From a virus (taxonomy: Duplodnaviria > Heunggongvirae > Uroviricota > Caudoviricetes): a stretch of DNA of 64,000 bases. Both the position numbers and the translations under genes were made by a program. Location of the stretch: positions 18,380 through 82,379 of the IMG/VR virus record IMGVR_UViG_3300000944_000006, one strand, 5' to 3'. Shown piece after piece: positions 36,022-43,946 of the stretch. How positions within the stretch are numbered: the stretch's first letter is position 1; each line of letters begins with the position of its first letter. Below the pieces are notes generated by a model that saw only the letters and a list, made by a program, of their open reading frames with translations, searched no databases and was not told the origin of the DNA.

Positions 36022-36352
36022 AATCAATACCAACAATAGTTTTCATATTTGCGAAATAGATTCTTTTAATACCATCTGGTAATTTAATTTTATGCCATGC
36101 CTCATTATCTTGTGGTATAGGAGTTTGTTGCAACAACATACTTTGAAAAATTGGACATAATATGTGTTCAAACGATAATGTAAAATCTAATTGGCATTCT
36201 GTTTTCGTGCGTATATTTCGTGTAATTATATTTGCAGTATTTTGACTATATACATAGTTATTAGCAGACGCCAACCATATATACGGGTCGATATTTTTTC
36301 GTTGTATATAAAATTTCTCATAGTAGCAGTCATTTGTCATAGAGTTTCCCAT
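36014..36352 (-). CDS. hypothetical small protein
   Basis: ORF. Confidence 0.4.
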   Translation of the reverse strand: MGNSMTNDCYYEKFYIQRKNIDPYIWLASANNYVYSQNTANIITRNIRTKTECQLDFTLSFEHILCPIFQSMLLQQTPIPQDNEAWHKIKLPDGIKRIYFANMKTIVGIDYV

Positions 36353-36702
36353 ACAACATGGTCTATATCAGCATCAAGAAATAAACCATACGAATCTGAA
36401 GAAAATTCGTTTAATCTTGGATTAGATAAAAATATTTTTTTAAAGCCAAGATTATTTGAGTACACATATCTCCAATTTGTATCAGTATATCCAATTTTAC
36501 ATTTTGAATGTAAAAAGCCATTTAAAAATTTTCTACTATATAAGCATCTAATGGAAAATTCATTAAGACCGCCATGAAATATGACTATATTTTCATTTAC
36601 GTCAGAATAATTTTTATTTGTTGACGTAGAAATCAAAAATTTATTTACAATTCTACCATCTATAGTAAATTTTTTCGGTATATCTGTTATACTATGCTTC
36701 AT
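36337..36702 (-). CDS. hypothetical protein (121 aa)
   Basis: ORF. Confidence 0.4.
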   Translation of the reverse strand: MKHSITDIPKKFTIDGRIVNKFLISTSTNKNYSDVNENIVIFHGGLNEFSIRCLYSRKFLNGFLHSKCKIGYTDTNWRYVYSNNLGFKKIFLSNPRLNEFSSDSYGLFLDADIDHVVWETL

Positions 36703-36750
36703 AATATCTACGCTCTCACAGCATGGTCTAAGTTAGTTAATAAATTATTT

Positions 36751-37038
36751 TTATGAGAATCGGTAGAAGATGAAAGTGCAAATGCTGATATCTTCGATAG
36801 AAAGAGGGTCGATAGGTGTCCAATAATCTGTTTGATGCGGTTTTAAATACTTTAAAAATATTTTGTTAGTTTCTCTGGATTTTCGTATCAAAATTCTGTT
36901 TGATACAGCACCATATACTGGAAAAATTGCAACAGTTCCTATAGGATAAATTCTATGAAATGATGTGGCAACCGACATAGAACTTATGTCAGATACTTTG
37001 ATAAGAAATTTTTGTGGTAAAACAAAAGTATTTGACAT
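36751..37038 (-). CDS. hypothetical protein (95 aa)
   Basis: ORF. Confidence 0.4.
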   Translation of the reverse strand: MSNTFVLPQKFLIKVSDISSMSVATSFHRIYPIGTVAIFPVYGAVSNRILIRKSRETNKIFLKYLKPHQTDYWTPIDPLSIEDISICTFIFYRFS

Positions 37039-37061
37039 AAAATATTTCTCCTATAAAAAAA

Positions 37062-37138
37062 TGGCACACCTAACAGGACTCGAACCTGTAACATCCTGCT
37101 TAGAAGGCAAGCACTCTATCCAGTTGAGTTATAGGTGT
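37062..37138 (-). tRNA. tRNA-Arg (anticodon UCU), CCA encoded, followed by a U-run
   Basis: Acceptor ACACCTA..., D-loop TAACTCAACTGGATAGAGT, anticodon stem CTTGC/GCAGG with loop CTTCTAA, T-arm GGTTCGAGTCC. 77 nt. TTTTTTTATAGG follows the 3' end on the minus strand. Confidence 0.7.
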
Positions 37139-37262
37139 AAAAATAAAAAAATGGGTCGGATGTATCAATTCCTGTTACCTTATTTACAATTAAATACCAT
37201 AATTCATCGAAGCGGTGTATTGGGAGAAATCTTCTCTGAATCTTTTGTAAATGACCACAAGT

Positions 37263-37523
37263 TTATTTTATAAAATCTCCATCTTTTTCTTCCCGTATGT
37301 ATTCAAGAACTTCCGAATCCTGTTCTTTAGAATATATAACACCTTTGTAGTAACCTTGGTTGTCACCACTTTCCATATAACCAATTTCAGCAACTTTAAT
37401 ATTTTCAAATGATTCGCCAAGAAACACCACAAGGGACTGTTTCAAAAAATCAAAATCGTGATAGTCTTCCACATAAATAATTCGTGGTAAGTCAATCTTA
37501 AAGTTTTTCTCAATTTGCTTCAT
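37263..37523 (-). CDS. hypothetical protein (86 aa)
   Basis: ORF. Confidence 0.4.
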   Translation of the reverse strand: MKQIEKNFKIDLPRIIYVEDYHDFDFLKQSLVVFLGESFENIKVAEIGYMESGDNQGYYKGVIYSKEQDSEVLEYIREEKDGDFIK

Positions 37524-37533
37524 GTTTCTTACA

Positions 37534-37839
37534 TTAACATTTTACAATTTGGTTGTCAACATCAATAATCAAATTAGTTATATTTTCTGGCTGCAATCCT
37601 ACATGCATGACACCATTATAAAAATCTATATCCAACATGAATAAGTTTTCAATATTAAAGTAAAATGTCACGTTTTCAATATTTTCTAAGGTTGTGTACG
37701 TTCTTCCGCAAGCAACATCAAATAAAGATTTTGGTATATGTACTTTATACTTTTCTGTGCTGTTTCCCACAAACAAATCTCCAAATTCTTCTAAAGACAG
37801 TCGCATATTATCATCTAAAGAAAAGCTTGCCTTAAACAT
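37534..37839 (-). CDS. hypothetical protein (101 aa)
   Basis: ORF. Confidence 0.4.
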   Translation of the reverse strand: MFKASFSLDDNMRLSLEEFGDLFVGNSTEKYKVHIPKSLFDVACGRTYTTLENIENVTFYFNIENLFMLDIDFYNGVMHVGLQPENITNLIIDVDNQIVKC

Positions 37840-37994
37840 ACGCTGCTTAATAAAAATTTATTTAAGCTTGTTTTCGCGTACCTTTTGCGCTCGTAGCAAC
37901 TTTTCGTTCGTCATACCTTTAGTGAAATTGCCGTAGTGATTATTCTTCGTCCACGCATTGAAATATGCTTTTTGATTATTGTTTAAATTCATAA

Positions 37995-38456
37995 CTAGAA
38001 CAACTTAACAGTCTTACCATCATATTGCAACACGATATTTTTAGCGCGTGAAATCGTTGTATGATAACCGACATCAACAATATCAGAATCATAAACTTCG
38101 CAAAATACTTTCACGTCTTTGCTTTCGTATGGTACGCTGTCTCTTATAATCTTATGTATATTCCAATCTAAAAAAACTCTTCCAAATGGGTCGCCTATGC
38201 TATAATATACATGACCACCTTCAGTAATAGTATTAAATGGGCTGTCTGTCTTGCGATATATAAAGAATATCTTTTTTTGTGGCATATCAAACTGAAGAGT
38301 TGTTGTGCTAATACGATTAGTATTAATATGATAATGAATTAAACCATTTGAAGGCAGTATTCCGTTAGCATTTATACTTATCGATGATGTAGAAATCTGC
38401 TGTTTAGCATTTAGATATTGTTTAAGTATATGTTCTTCTTCGTCATCATTTTCCAT
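37995..38456 (-). CDS. hypothetical protein (153 aa)
   Basis: ORF. Confidence 0.45.
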   Translation of the reverse strand: MENDDEEEHILKQYLNAKQQISTSSISINANGILPSNGLIHYHINTNRISTTTLQFDMPQKKIFFIYRKTDSPFNTITEGGHVYYSIGDPFGRVFLDWNIHKIIRDSVPYESKDVKVFCEVYDSDIVDVGYHTTISRAKNIVLQYDGKTVKLF

Positions 38457-38461
38457 GTATA

Positions 38462-39115
38462 TTACCAGACTTTTCGTTTTTTACCTTCACAAAGTTTTAT
38501 TACTTGTTCGGTTGTCAATTTTTTATAACGCTCATTATTATATGTAAAATCCGCGCCTTCATCCTGTGCCATCAATTTATCTGTAAAACGTTTTTTAGGG
38601 AAAAATCCAAACTTAGCATGTTGCTCATTTACAGAAAATAGAACGTTAATATATTCGTCTAAAACATCACCATGTTGCGCTACACATAAGATATTCTCGC
38701 CTGTGCGCTTTTCATAATATCCGCCTGTAACATAATTATTCACAACGCTATTATCATCTTCAAGGTATGAAAGCGTTGCTATGTTAGGAACATTTGTTTC
38801 ATTTACGGTTTCGGGCGGAACTTTTGGATAATAGACTTCCATGACTTCTTCTGGCAAATCTTCATTAGAATTTATTTGTAATCTACCATAGCTTTTACGT
38901 CGACCAAGTGTTCCTAACAAGGACAGTGAAAGACTCTTGTATAAATCGCAATTTACGTTAATACGTTGCCCCCACGTATAAGACCACGAAAGGTCTTCGG
39001 CAGTAATCAAAGGCTTCTTCTTAAGCGCAAGTTTTCTATTCATGTCTTCTACAATAGTGTCCACAGAAGACTTGACGTGCTTTGGCATTTTTTCCAGTGT
39101 CGTTTCAACTTGCAT
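38462..39115 (-). CDS. hypothetical protein (217 aa)
   Basis: ORF. Confidence 0.5.
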   Translation of the reverse strand: MQVETTLEKMPKHVKSSVDTIVEDMNRKLALKKKPLITAEDLSWSYTWGQRINVNCDLYKSLSLSLLGTLGRRKSYGRLQINSNEDLPEEVMEVYYPKVPPETVNETNVPNIATLSYLEDDNSVVNNYVTGGYYEKRTGENILCVAQHGDVLDEYINVLFSVNEQHAKFGFFPKKRFTDKLMAQDEGADFTYNNERYKKLTTEQVIKLCEGKKRKVW

Positions 39116-39131
39116 AATTTTCTAATCCCGT

Positions 39132-39139
39132 TATAAATA
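39132..39139 (+). promoter_or_regulatory. T4-type late promoter box TATAAATA 6 nt upstream of the resolvase ATG
   Basis: Exact TATAAATA at 39132-39139, ATG at 39146. Confidence 0.35.
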
Positions 39140-39145
39140 AAATTA

Positions 39146-39712
39146 ATGAGCAATAAAACATTTTGCGGGATAGATTATTCATACACATCCCCCGCGTTCA
39201 CGCTATACGACTCTTCTACAAAATTGTATAAGACACATTATCTTACAAAAACAAAGCGATGTCAAGGTATTTTCAAATCTCCTAAAGGAAATTACGAACT
39301 TATTGGGGAACCTTCTTATGAAGGCATTATAAACGGCTCACAGCGTTACTACACGATTGCTAAATGGGTTTTAGAAGAACTACAGCCCTATGACATACAA
39401 ACCATTCTTATAGAAGGTTATAGCCTTGGGTCTAAAGGTTCGCGGGTCTTTGATATCGCAGAAAATGCGGGTATGTTAAAATACGCTTTGCTTGATAGCG
39501 GATATGATATTGTAGTTAAATCACCAAAAGAAATCAAAAAATGGTTTTGTGGTAATGGTAGTGTAGGGAAATATACCGTCGAAAAAGTTTTTAATTTAAC
39601 AACTGGTTTTGACATACGCGATGTTATTCTATCTAAAGCAGAAAATCCAGTTTCGGATATATGCGACAGTTTTGCTATGTGCGAAATGGCAAGGTCTGTT
39701 GACAAACTTTAA
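39146..39712 (+). CDS. RuvC-like Holliday junction resolvase
   Basis: N-terminal FCGIDYSYTSP (catalytic Asp), TILIEGYSLG (Glu), C-terminal DICDSFAMCEMA (Asp pair). RuvC/YqgF-fold acidic residue order. Confidence 0.55.
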   Translation: MSNKTFCGIDYSYTSPAFTLYDSSTKLYKTHYLTKTKRCQGIFKSPKGNYELIGEPSYEGIINGSQRYYTIAKWVLEELQPYDIQTILIEGYSLGSKGSRVFDIAENAGMLKYALLDSGYDIVVKSPKEIKKWFCGNGSVGKYTVEKVFNLTTGFDIRDVILSKAENPVSDICDSFAMCEMARSVDKL

Positions 39713-39753
39713 ATTTTAATTTAAGATTCTTCTTAATAGGAGAATTCAAAGAT

Positions 39754-39822
39754 ATGTCGCGCGAACATATTAATGTATTCGAAATTCCAGAAGATGAAAT
39801 TGTACATCATGTCGAAGCATAG
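39754..39822 (+). pseudogene. 22-codon minigene retaining only the C-terminal family motif (MSREHINVFEIPEDEIVHHVEA), preceded by a strong SD
   Basis: AGGAGAA 9 nt before the ATG. The peptide ends with the IPEDEI signature of the FKYKLTG family, whose intact members follow directly downstream. Confidence 0.4.
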
Positions 39823-40087
39823 ATACAAATATAAATTGACGGGGGAAATTGAGGAAGGCATTTTTAGTAATTTCTATATGTGGTGCAGTTCGAATAACAC
39901 AGGCAATAAAAATATATTTTTAGGCATTAAAGAATTAGAATCATATAATCTTGGAATTTCCACAGTGTATTTTACTTTGCCGAAAACCATTAATTCCTAT
40001 ATAGCACATGATAAATCTACTATTGTCACTTATTCAATACCAAATGGTGTTGTAGAAATTATATCGGTTGTATCACATGATTCATAA
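39809..40087 (+). CDS. small protein, FKYKLTG...Y-x-IP family member
   Basis: MSKHRYKYKLTGEIEEG ... YSIPNGVVEII. Start set at the ATG at 39809. Confidence 0.5.
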   Translation: MSKHRYKYKLTGEIEEGIFSNFYMWCSSNNTGNKNIFLGIKELESYNLGISTVYFTLPKTINSYIAHDKSTIVTYSIPNGVVEIISVVSHDS

Positions 40088-40355
40088 TTACAAAGTAACA
40101 TGCGAAGTGCAACAACTTAACCGTGGAGTAATTTATCTATATCTCAATGTTTATAAGAATGGTGTTGGTAATAAAATGATTTGTATAGATTCTAATTTAC
40201 TAGAACCATATATTAACATAGGAAACGTAATTTTATATTTTATCACCAAAAATAAAATTCATACTTACTACAGTAAATCGAAAAGTGGTATAACATATGA
40301 TGTTTATACAATACCAGATGACGACATAAGGATTGTCCGATATGTTCAAATATAA
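40068..40355 (+). CDS. small protein, same family
   Basis: C-terminus YDVYTIPDDDIRIV. Confidence 0.5.
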   Translation: MYHMIHNYKVTCEVQQLNRGVIYLYLNVYKNGVGNKMICIDSNLLEPYINIGNVILYFITKNKIHTYYSKSKSGITYDVYTIPDDDIRIVRYVQI

Positions 40356-40629
40356 ATTGACAGGTATTATAACAGATTGTGATGGTGAAACATCCTTATA
40401 CCATTATGTCTCTGAAGAAAAAGAGATATATGTTGATTGTCCCAAATTGCAAAATATACACACAAACAATTCAAAAGTAACTGTATATTTTACAACACCA
40501 AAGTTTATAGAATCTTATTTAAATACAAGCGACAGCGACAGTAATTATGATGTTTATACAATACCAGAAGACGAAATGGAAATTATGTCAAGCGATATCG
40601 TCATAGATAAATGGGAAGATGGTAGTTAA
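40333..40629 (+). CDS. small protein, same family
   Basis: MSDMFKYKLTGIITDCDG ... YDVYTIPEDEMEIM. Confidence 0.5.
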   Translation: MSDMFKYKLTGIITDCDGETSLYHYVSEEKEIYVDCPKLQNIHTNNSKVTVYFTTPKFIESYLNTSDSDSNYDVYTIPEDEMEIMSSDIVIDKWEDGS

Positions 40630-40976
40630 ACGTCTTTTTCTTCGGCAGATTTCTTAGAAGCTTCTTTTAGGTCTTTATAATCTTGCTCACACCAAAATCC
40701 CCTAATATATAAAAGCCTGTCAACATGCTTTGCACCACACTTAATTCTGTATCCGCCTGCAATCTTGTTATGCACAATCATATGACAGTCTTTACAAAGT
40801 GTTATGCCATTATCTACATCAAACCTTAATTCAGGACTGTATGTGGCGTGTTTAATGTGATGTGCATGGCGATTTTGTTTGGAACCACAGCACTGACAAA
40901 CTTTGTCACGCTTAACAACAGCAACTTTCCACATTCTATATTCTTTGGTTTTTCTCCAAGCTTGTTTACTAGACAT
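40626..40976 (-). CDS. HNH homing endonuclease
   Basis: CQCCGSKQNRHAHHIKH...NGITLCKDCHMIVHN forms an HNH zinc-binding/catalytic motif. Confidence 0.7.
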   Translation of the reverse strand: MSSKQAWRKTKEYRMWKVAVVKRDKVCQCCGSKQNRHAHHIKHATYSPELRFDVDNGITLCKDCHMIVHNKIAGGYRIKCGAKHVDRLLYIRGFWCEQDYKDLKEASKKSAEEKDV

Positions 40977-40978
40977 AT

Positions 40979-41245
40979 TTACGACTTCCCATAAAGAATT
41001 TCATATGCGGCGATAAGATGGTCGACGGCATTTTCAAATTGATATTCAGAAGATATACCCGCTTTACGAATACGGGCTTTGATGCTTTTTAAATCTTTAA
41101 TAGATTTATTTTTTACAGCGAAGTCAATAGAACGATACATGCCCGAAAATTCATGCATGTTGTTAGGTGTTTTAGATGCTCCCAGACGTTCGTTAATTTC
41201 ACGAACTTCATCAAGCCTATGTTTAAGTGTATTGTTATTGCTCAT
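40979..41245 (-). CDS. hypothetical protein (88 aa)
   Basis: ORF. A TATAAATA box (41251-41258, minus strand) lies 5 nt upstream of the ATG. Confidence 0.45.
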   Translation of the reverse strand: MSNNNTLKHRLDEVREINERLGASKTPNNMHEFSGMYRSIDFAVKNKSIKDLKSIKARIRKAGISSEYQFENAVDHLIAAYEILYGKS

Positions 41246-41529
41246 ACACCTATTTATAGTGAATCTATTCTATGTTAGAACAGTTTAAGTACGCTTGTAC
41301 CAGAATAACGTCCAACACGGCGGTTTTTACGGCGGCGGTAAGCAGAAGATACACGCGGCTTATCAGATACAACTGTTTTATTGTTGTTATTCTGGCTAGG
41401 TGTTTGGTTTTTCATCTTTGCATGTCCTTTTTAAAATATTAAAGATTGATTAAGGATATACTTATAATTTCATCACGAAAAAAAGTAGATACGTTTTGGC
41501 AATACAGCTATGCATTTATGCAAGGTGAA

Positions 41530-41602
41530 AATCAAAATAAATGTTGTAATGCACAACATACTGTGATAGAATGATTGTAGAAACGATTTGGGAGAATCAA
41601 AT
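41530..41602 (+). promoter_or_regulatory. early promoter/leader cassette copy A (TTGTAA-N17-TAGAAT, palindrome TGTTGTAATGCACAACA, leader ATGATTGTAGAAACGATTTGGGAGAATCAAAT-ATG)
   Basis: -35 at 41544-41549, -10 at 41567-41572. The 32-nt leader with GGGAGAA is identical to that of copy B. Confidence 0.65.
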
Positions 41603-41875
41603 ATGGCTTTTAAGTTCGAAAATATTGCTGAAATAGGTGAAACTATTAAATCATTTAGTTTTAAACCATTTCCAGATAGAGAAGACATGTATGTCCAAGG
41701 TAAAGTTATTGCCAAAGGTGATATAAATCATCCTACGCATGGTAACTACTATAAAGGATATACGGTCATAGCAGAAGTTTCAACAGATGGTAATATCAAA
41801 CAAGGCGACACCTTCTATGTTCCGTTTGAACTTTCTTTTATGGACTTTGATGAACGTGTTTCTAAAGTTGACTAA
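41603..41875 (+). CDS. hypothetical protein (90 aa) expressed from cassette copy A
   Basis: MAFKFENIAEIGE. Start ATG placed 8 nt after GGGAGAA. Confidence 0.55.
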   Translation: MAFKFENIAEIGETIKSFSFKPFPDREDMYVQGKVIAKGDINHPTHGNYYKGYTVIAEVSTDGNIKQGDTFYVPFELSFMDFDERVSKVD

Positions 41876-42447
41876 AGTGAAGTAGCAAGTCCAGTATGCT
41901 TTTCTATAGACTTCAAAAGCATATCGTTATATATGCCTTCGTCTTTAGATTTTGTTTTAACAGACGTTCCTCTTACAGAAAGATATTCAACATCATATAA
42001 ATCCATTGACGTAAGTGTTATACGCACGACATTAACGCCTTTTGAATTTCTTCCTATGCGAAATTGTAGGCCATCATTAGAACCAACAAGTTTTTTTGCT
42101 CCTATCATATAAAGGGCTTTGTTGCCAATCTGCCTAACGATTTCTTTCGAAACAGTCATATTAGTAGCTTCGTTTAAACTTGTTTGTGATACTTTACCTG
42201 TTTTAATAGGGTTACTTCCGACAACATATGTTTTTAAAGAACCTGTGCCTTTATATATTTTATATTGAGTGCCAGACTTTATGTTATATTTTTTAACAGC
42301 AGATTTGGCTTTTTCATTTAAACTTTCCAAGGAAAATTCGACTACTTTGTTAATGTTTCCAGAAAATTCACACACATATACTGTTTTATCAGAAGATTTT
42401 CCTTCACGAACAAGTTCTAATTTTTCAACCAATAGTTTATGTGTCAT
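41872..42447 (-). CDS. hypothetical protein (191 aa)
   Basis: ORF. Confidence 0.5.
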   Translation of the reverse strand: MTHKLLVEKLELVREGKSSDKTVYVCEFSGNINKVVEFSLESLNEKAKSAVKKYNIKSGTQYKIYKGTGSLKTYVVGSNPIKTGKVSQTSLNEATNMTVSKEIVRQIGNKALYMIGAKKLVGSNDGLQFRIGRNSKGVNVVRITLTSMDLYDVEYLSVRGTSVKTKSKDEGIYNDMLLKSIEKHTGLATSL

Positions 42448-42448
42448 A

Positions 42449-43945
42449 TTATATTTTCTCCCACCTATCCGTTATAGGGCGTCCTACAGGGGCCATAGAA
42501 AAGTTTTTGTATCCATACTTAGATATAAGATTAACAATGTTCTTAACGTACTCATGATTGCAGTCAGACACCAAACGATTTACTAAACCATGTTCATCAA
42601 TATATTCCAGTGTTAAAACACAATGGTCGTAATCATGTGAATGGTCGTCATTAATTGAACATACAGTAAGACGTAGCGCATCTTTGGGGAAGTTGTAATC
42701 CTGTCTAAGACGATAATAAACTTCCAATGCCATGTCTTCGCAGTTATGTCCTAAAATACCATTTTCAAAAACAAATGTAGACGTTCCTGCTACTGTTATA
42801 TCGTAACACTTCTTCACGCCATTAGAAGTAATATCTTTAGTTTTTATCCTAGTTTGCCCAAGACCTTCAAAACCATAGTCTTTTTGATGTGAAGAATTTT
42901 TGTTATATATTACTCTATATATAGGCTGTGTTCCAGAACCGCCATGTTTCTCTTGCGTGTAAATTCTAGCAGACTTACCAACACGCAGTAAAGCGGCCTG
43001 TATCCATTCAGCAAATTTTTTACATGACGTTGAATATGTTTTATCAGGTTCCGTACCCCATCCACCGTTACTAGATTTTACATGATAATGTCCATCACCT
43101 AAAAAATATCCTTCAAGTATATAATTTAGACATACTTCTGGAAGATTTAAGTATTTGTCCATACGAATATCAAAAGAATTTTCCTTAAGTGGTTTTAAGA
43201 AATCCTTAAACCAAGACTTCAAAAATCTTACACAAGGAACACCAGAATTATTTTTAAATAATGTATAAGGAATTTTATATTTATCTAAAATAGGAAGAAT
43301 AAATTCAGGAATGTCATGTCCAGATGTAGAAACTTTACTAATTTTATTACTTCCCTGCGGACGGTCTACCCATCCTTCTGCAAGATAATGTCCCACAACA
43401 AACCAAATATCGTCATCAAGAACATTCTCAATTTCTGTGTATGGTAGATTTAAAGCACACGGAACATATTCCCAATGAACACTCTTTCCATCAATAATTT
43501 CTTTCAATTTTCTTTTTGTGTATCCGTTTTGTTGTTGTTTTTCTTTAGACCACATATTATGATTTTCTGTAACAACAATTTCATTTCCGTTATGAAACGG
43601 TACAGTAAAGGTTTCTAAATTTCCTTTATCCATTTTATTTATGATAACTTTATCAATATATTTTTTTTCGACAAAATCATAAGACATACAAACATCACCT
43701 ATTTGTGCATCTTTGATTGGAACAGCTACATATTCATCATTACGTTTTAACCATATTTTTTGATTTTCTTCTACACAATCACCTAATAGAATAGGTCTGC
43801 CAAAGAAATCCACATCAACAGTAGGACGCGTCCAGTGTTCAGGTACTGCCCAATTATTTTGGTCTGAACGCCATACGAAAATAGATTTAACATCCTCATG
43901 TACTTTTTTAAAAGTAGCTACCTGTGCGTGTGTAAGTTTTAACAT
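42449..43945 (-). CDS. intein-containing protein: 153-aa extein resembling a papain/transglutaminase-like Cys hydrolase, split by a 345-aa LAGLIDADG intein
   Basis: Intein blocks: C at N-junction (LLGD/CVEENQ), VVTENHNMW (T-x-x-H block B), two LAGLIDADG motifs (FVVGHYLAEGWV, ILEGYFLGDGHY), C-terminal YDITV...FENGILGHN followed by C. Spliced extein junction GDCEDMA (G-x-C-x-x-x-A) plus downstream HSHDYDH suggests a Cys-His-Asp hydrolase. Confidence 0.6.
   Translation of the reverse strand: MLKLTHAQVATFKKVHEDVKSIFVWRSDQNNWAVPEHWTRPTVDVDFFGRPILLGDCVEENQKIWLKRNDEYVAVPIKDAQIGDVCMSYDFVEKKYIDKVIINKMDKGNLETFTVPFHNGNEIVVTENHNMWSKEKQQQNGYTKRKLKEIIDGKSVHWEYVPCALNLPYTEIENVLDDDIWFVVGHYLAEGWVDRPQGSNKISKVSTSGHDIPEFILPILDKYKIPYTLFKNNSGVPCVRFLKSWFKDFLKPLKENSFDIRMDKYLNLPEVCLNYILEGYFLGDGHYHVKSSNGGWGTEPDKTYSTSCKKFAEWIQAALLRVGKSARIYTQEKHGGSGTQPIYRVIYNKNSSHQKDYGFEGLGQTRIKTKDITSNGVKKCYDITVAGTSTFVFENGILGHNCEDMALEVYYRLRQDYNFPKDALRLTVCSINDDHSHDYDHCVLTLEYIDEHGLVNRLVSDCNHEYVKNIVNLISKYGYKNFSMAPVGRPITDRWEKI
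42743..43777 (-). mobile_element. LAGLIDADG homing-endonuclease intein (about 345 aa)
   Basis: Boundaries computed from junctions ...PILLGD|CVEEN and ...GILGHN|CEDMA. Confidence 0.6.
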
Positions 43946-43946
43946 A

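Noticed and set aside
36965-37273. 102-aa plus-strand ORF overlapping tRNA-Arg
   Set aside because: It covers the tRNA gene and its flanks on the opposite strand. No SD and low coding likelihood.
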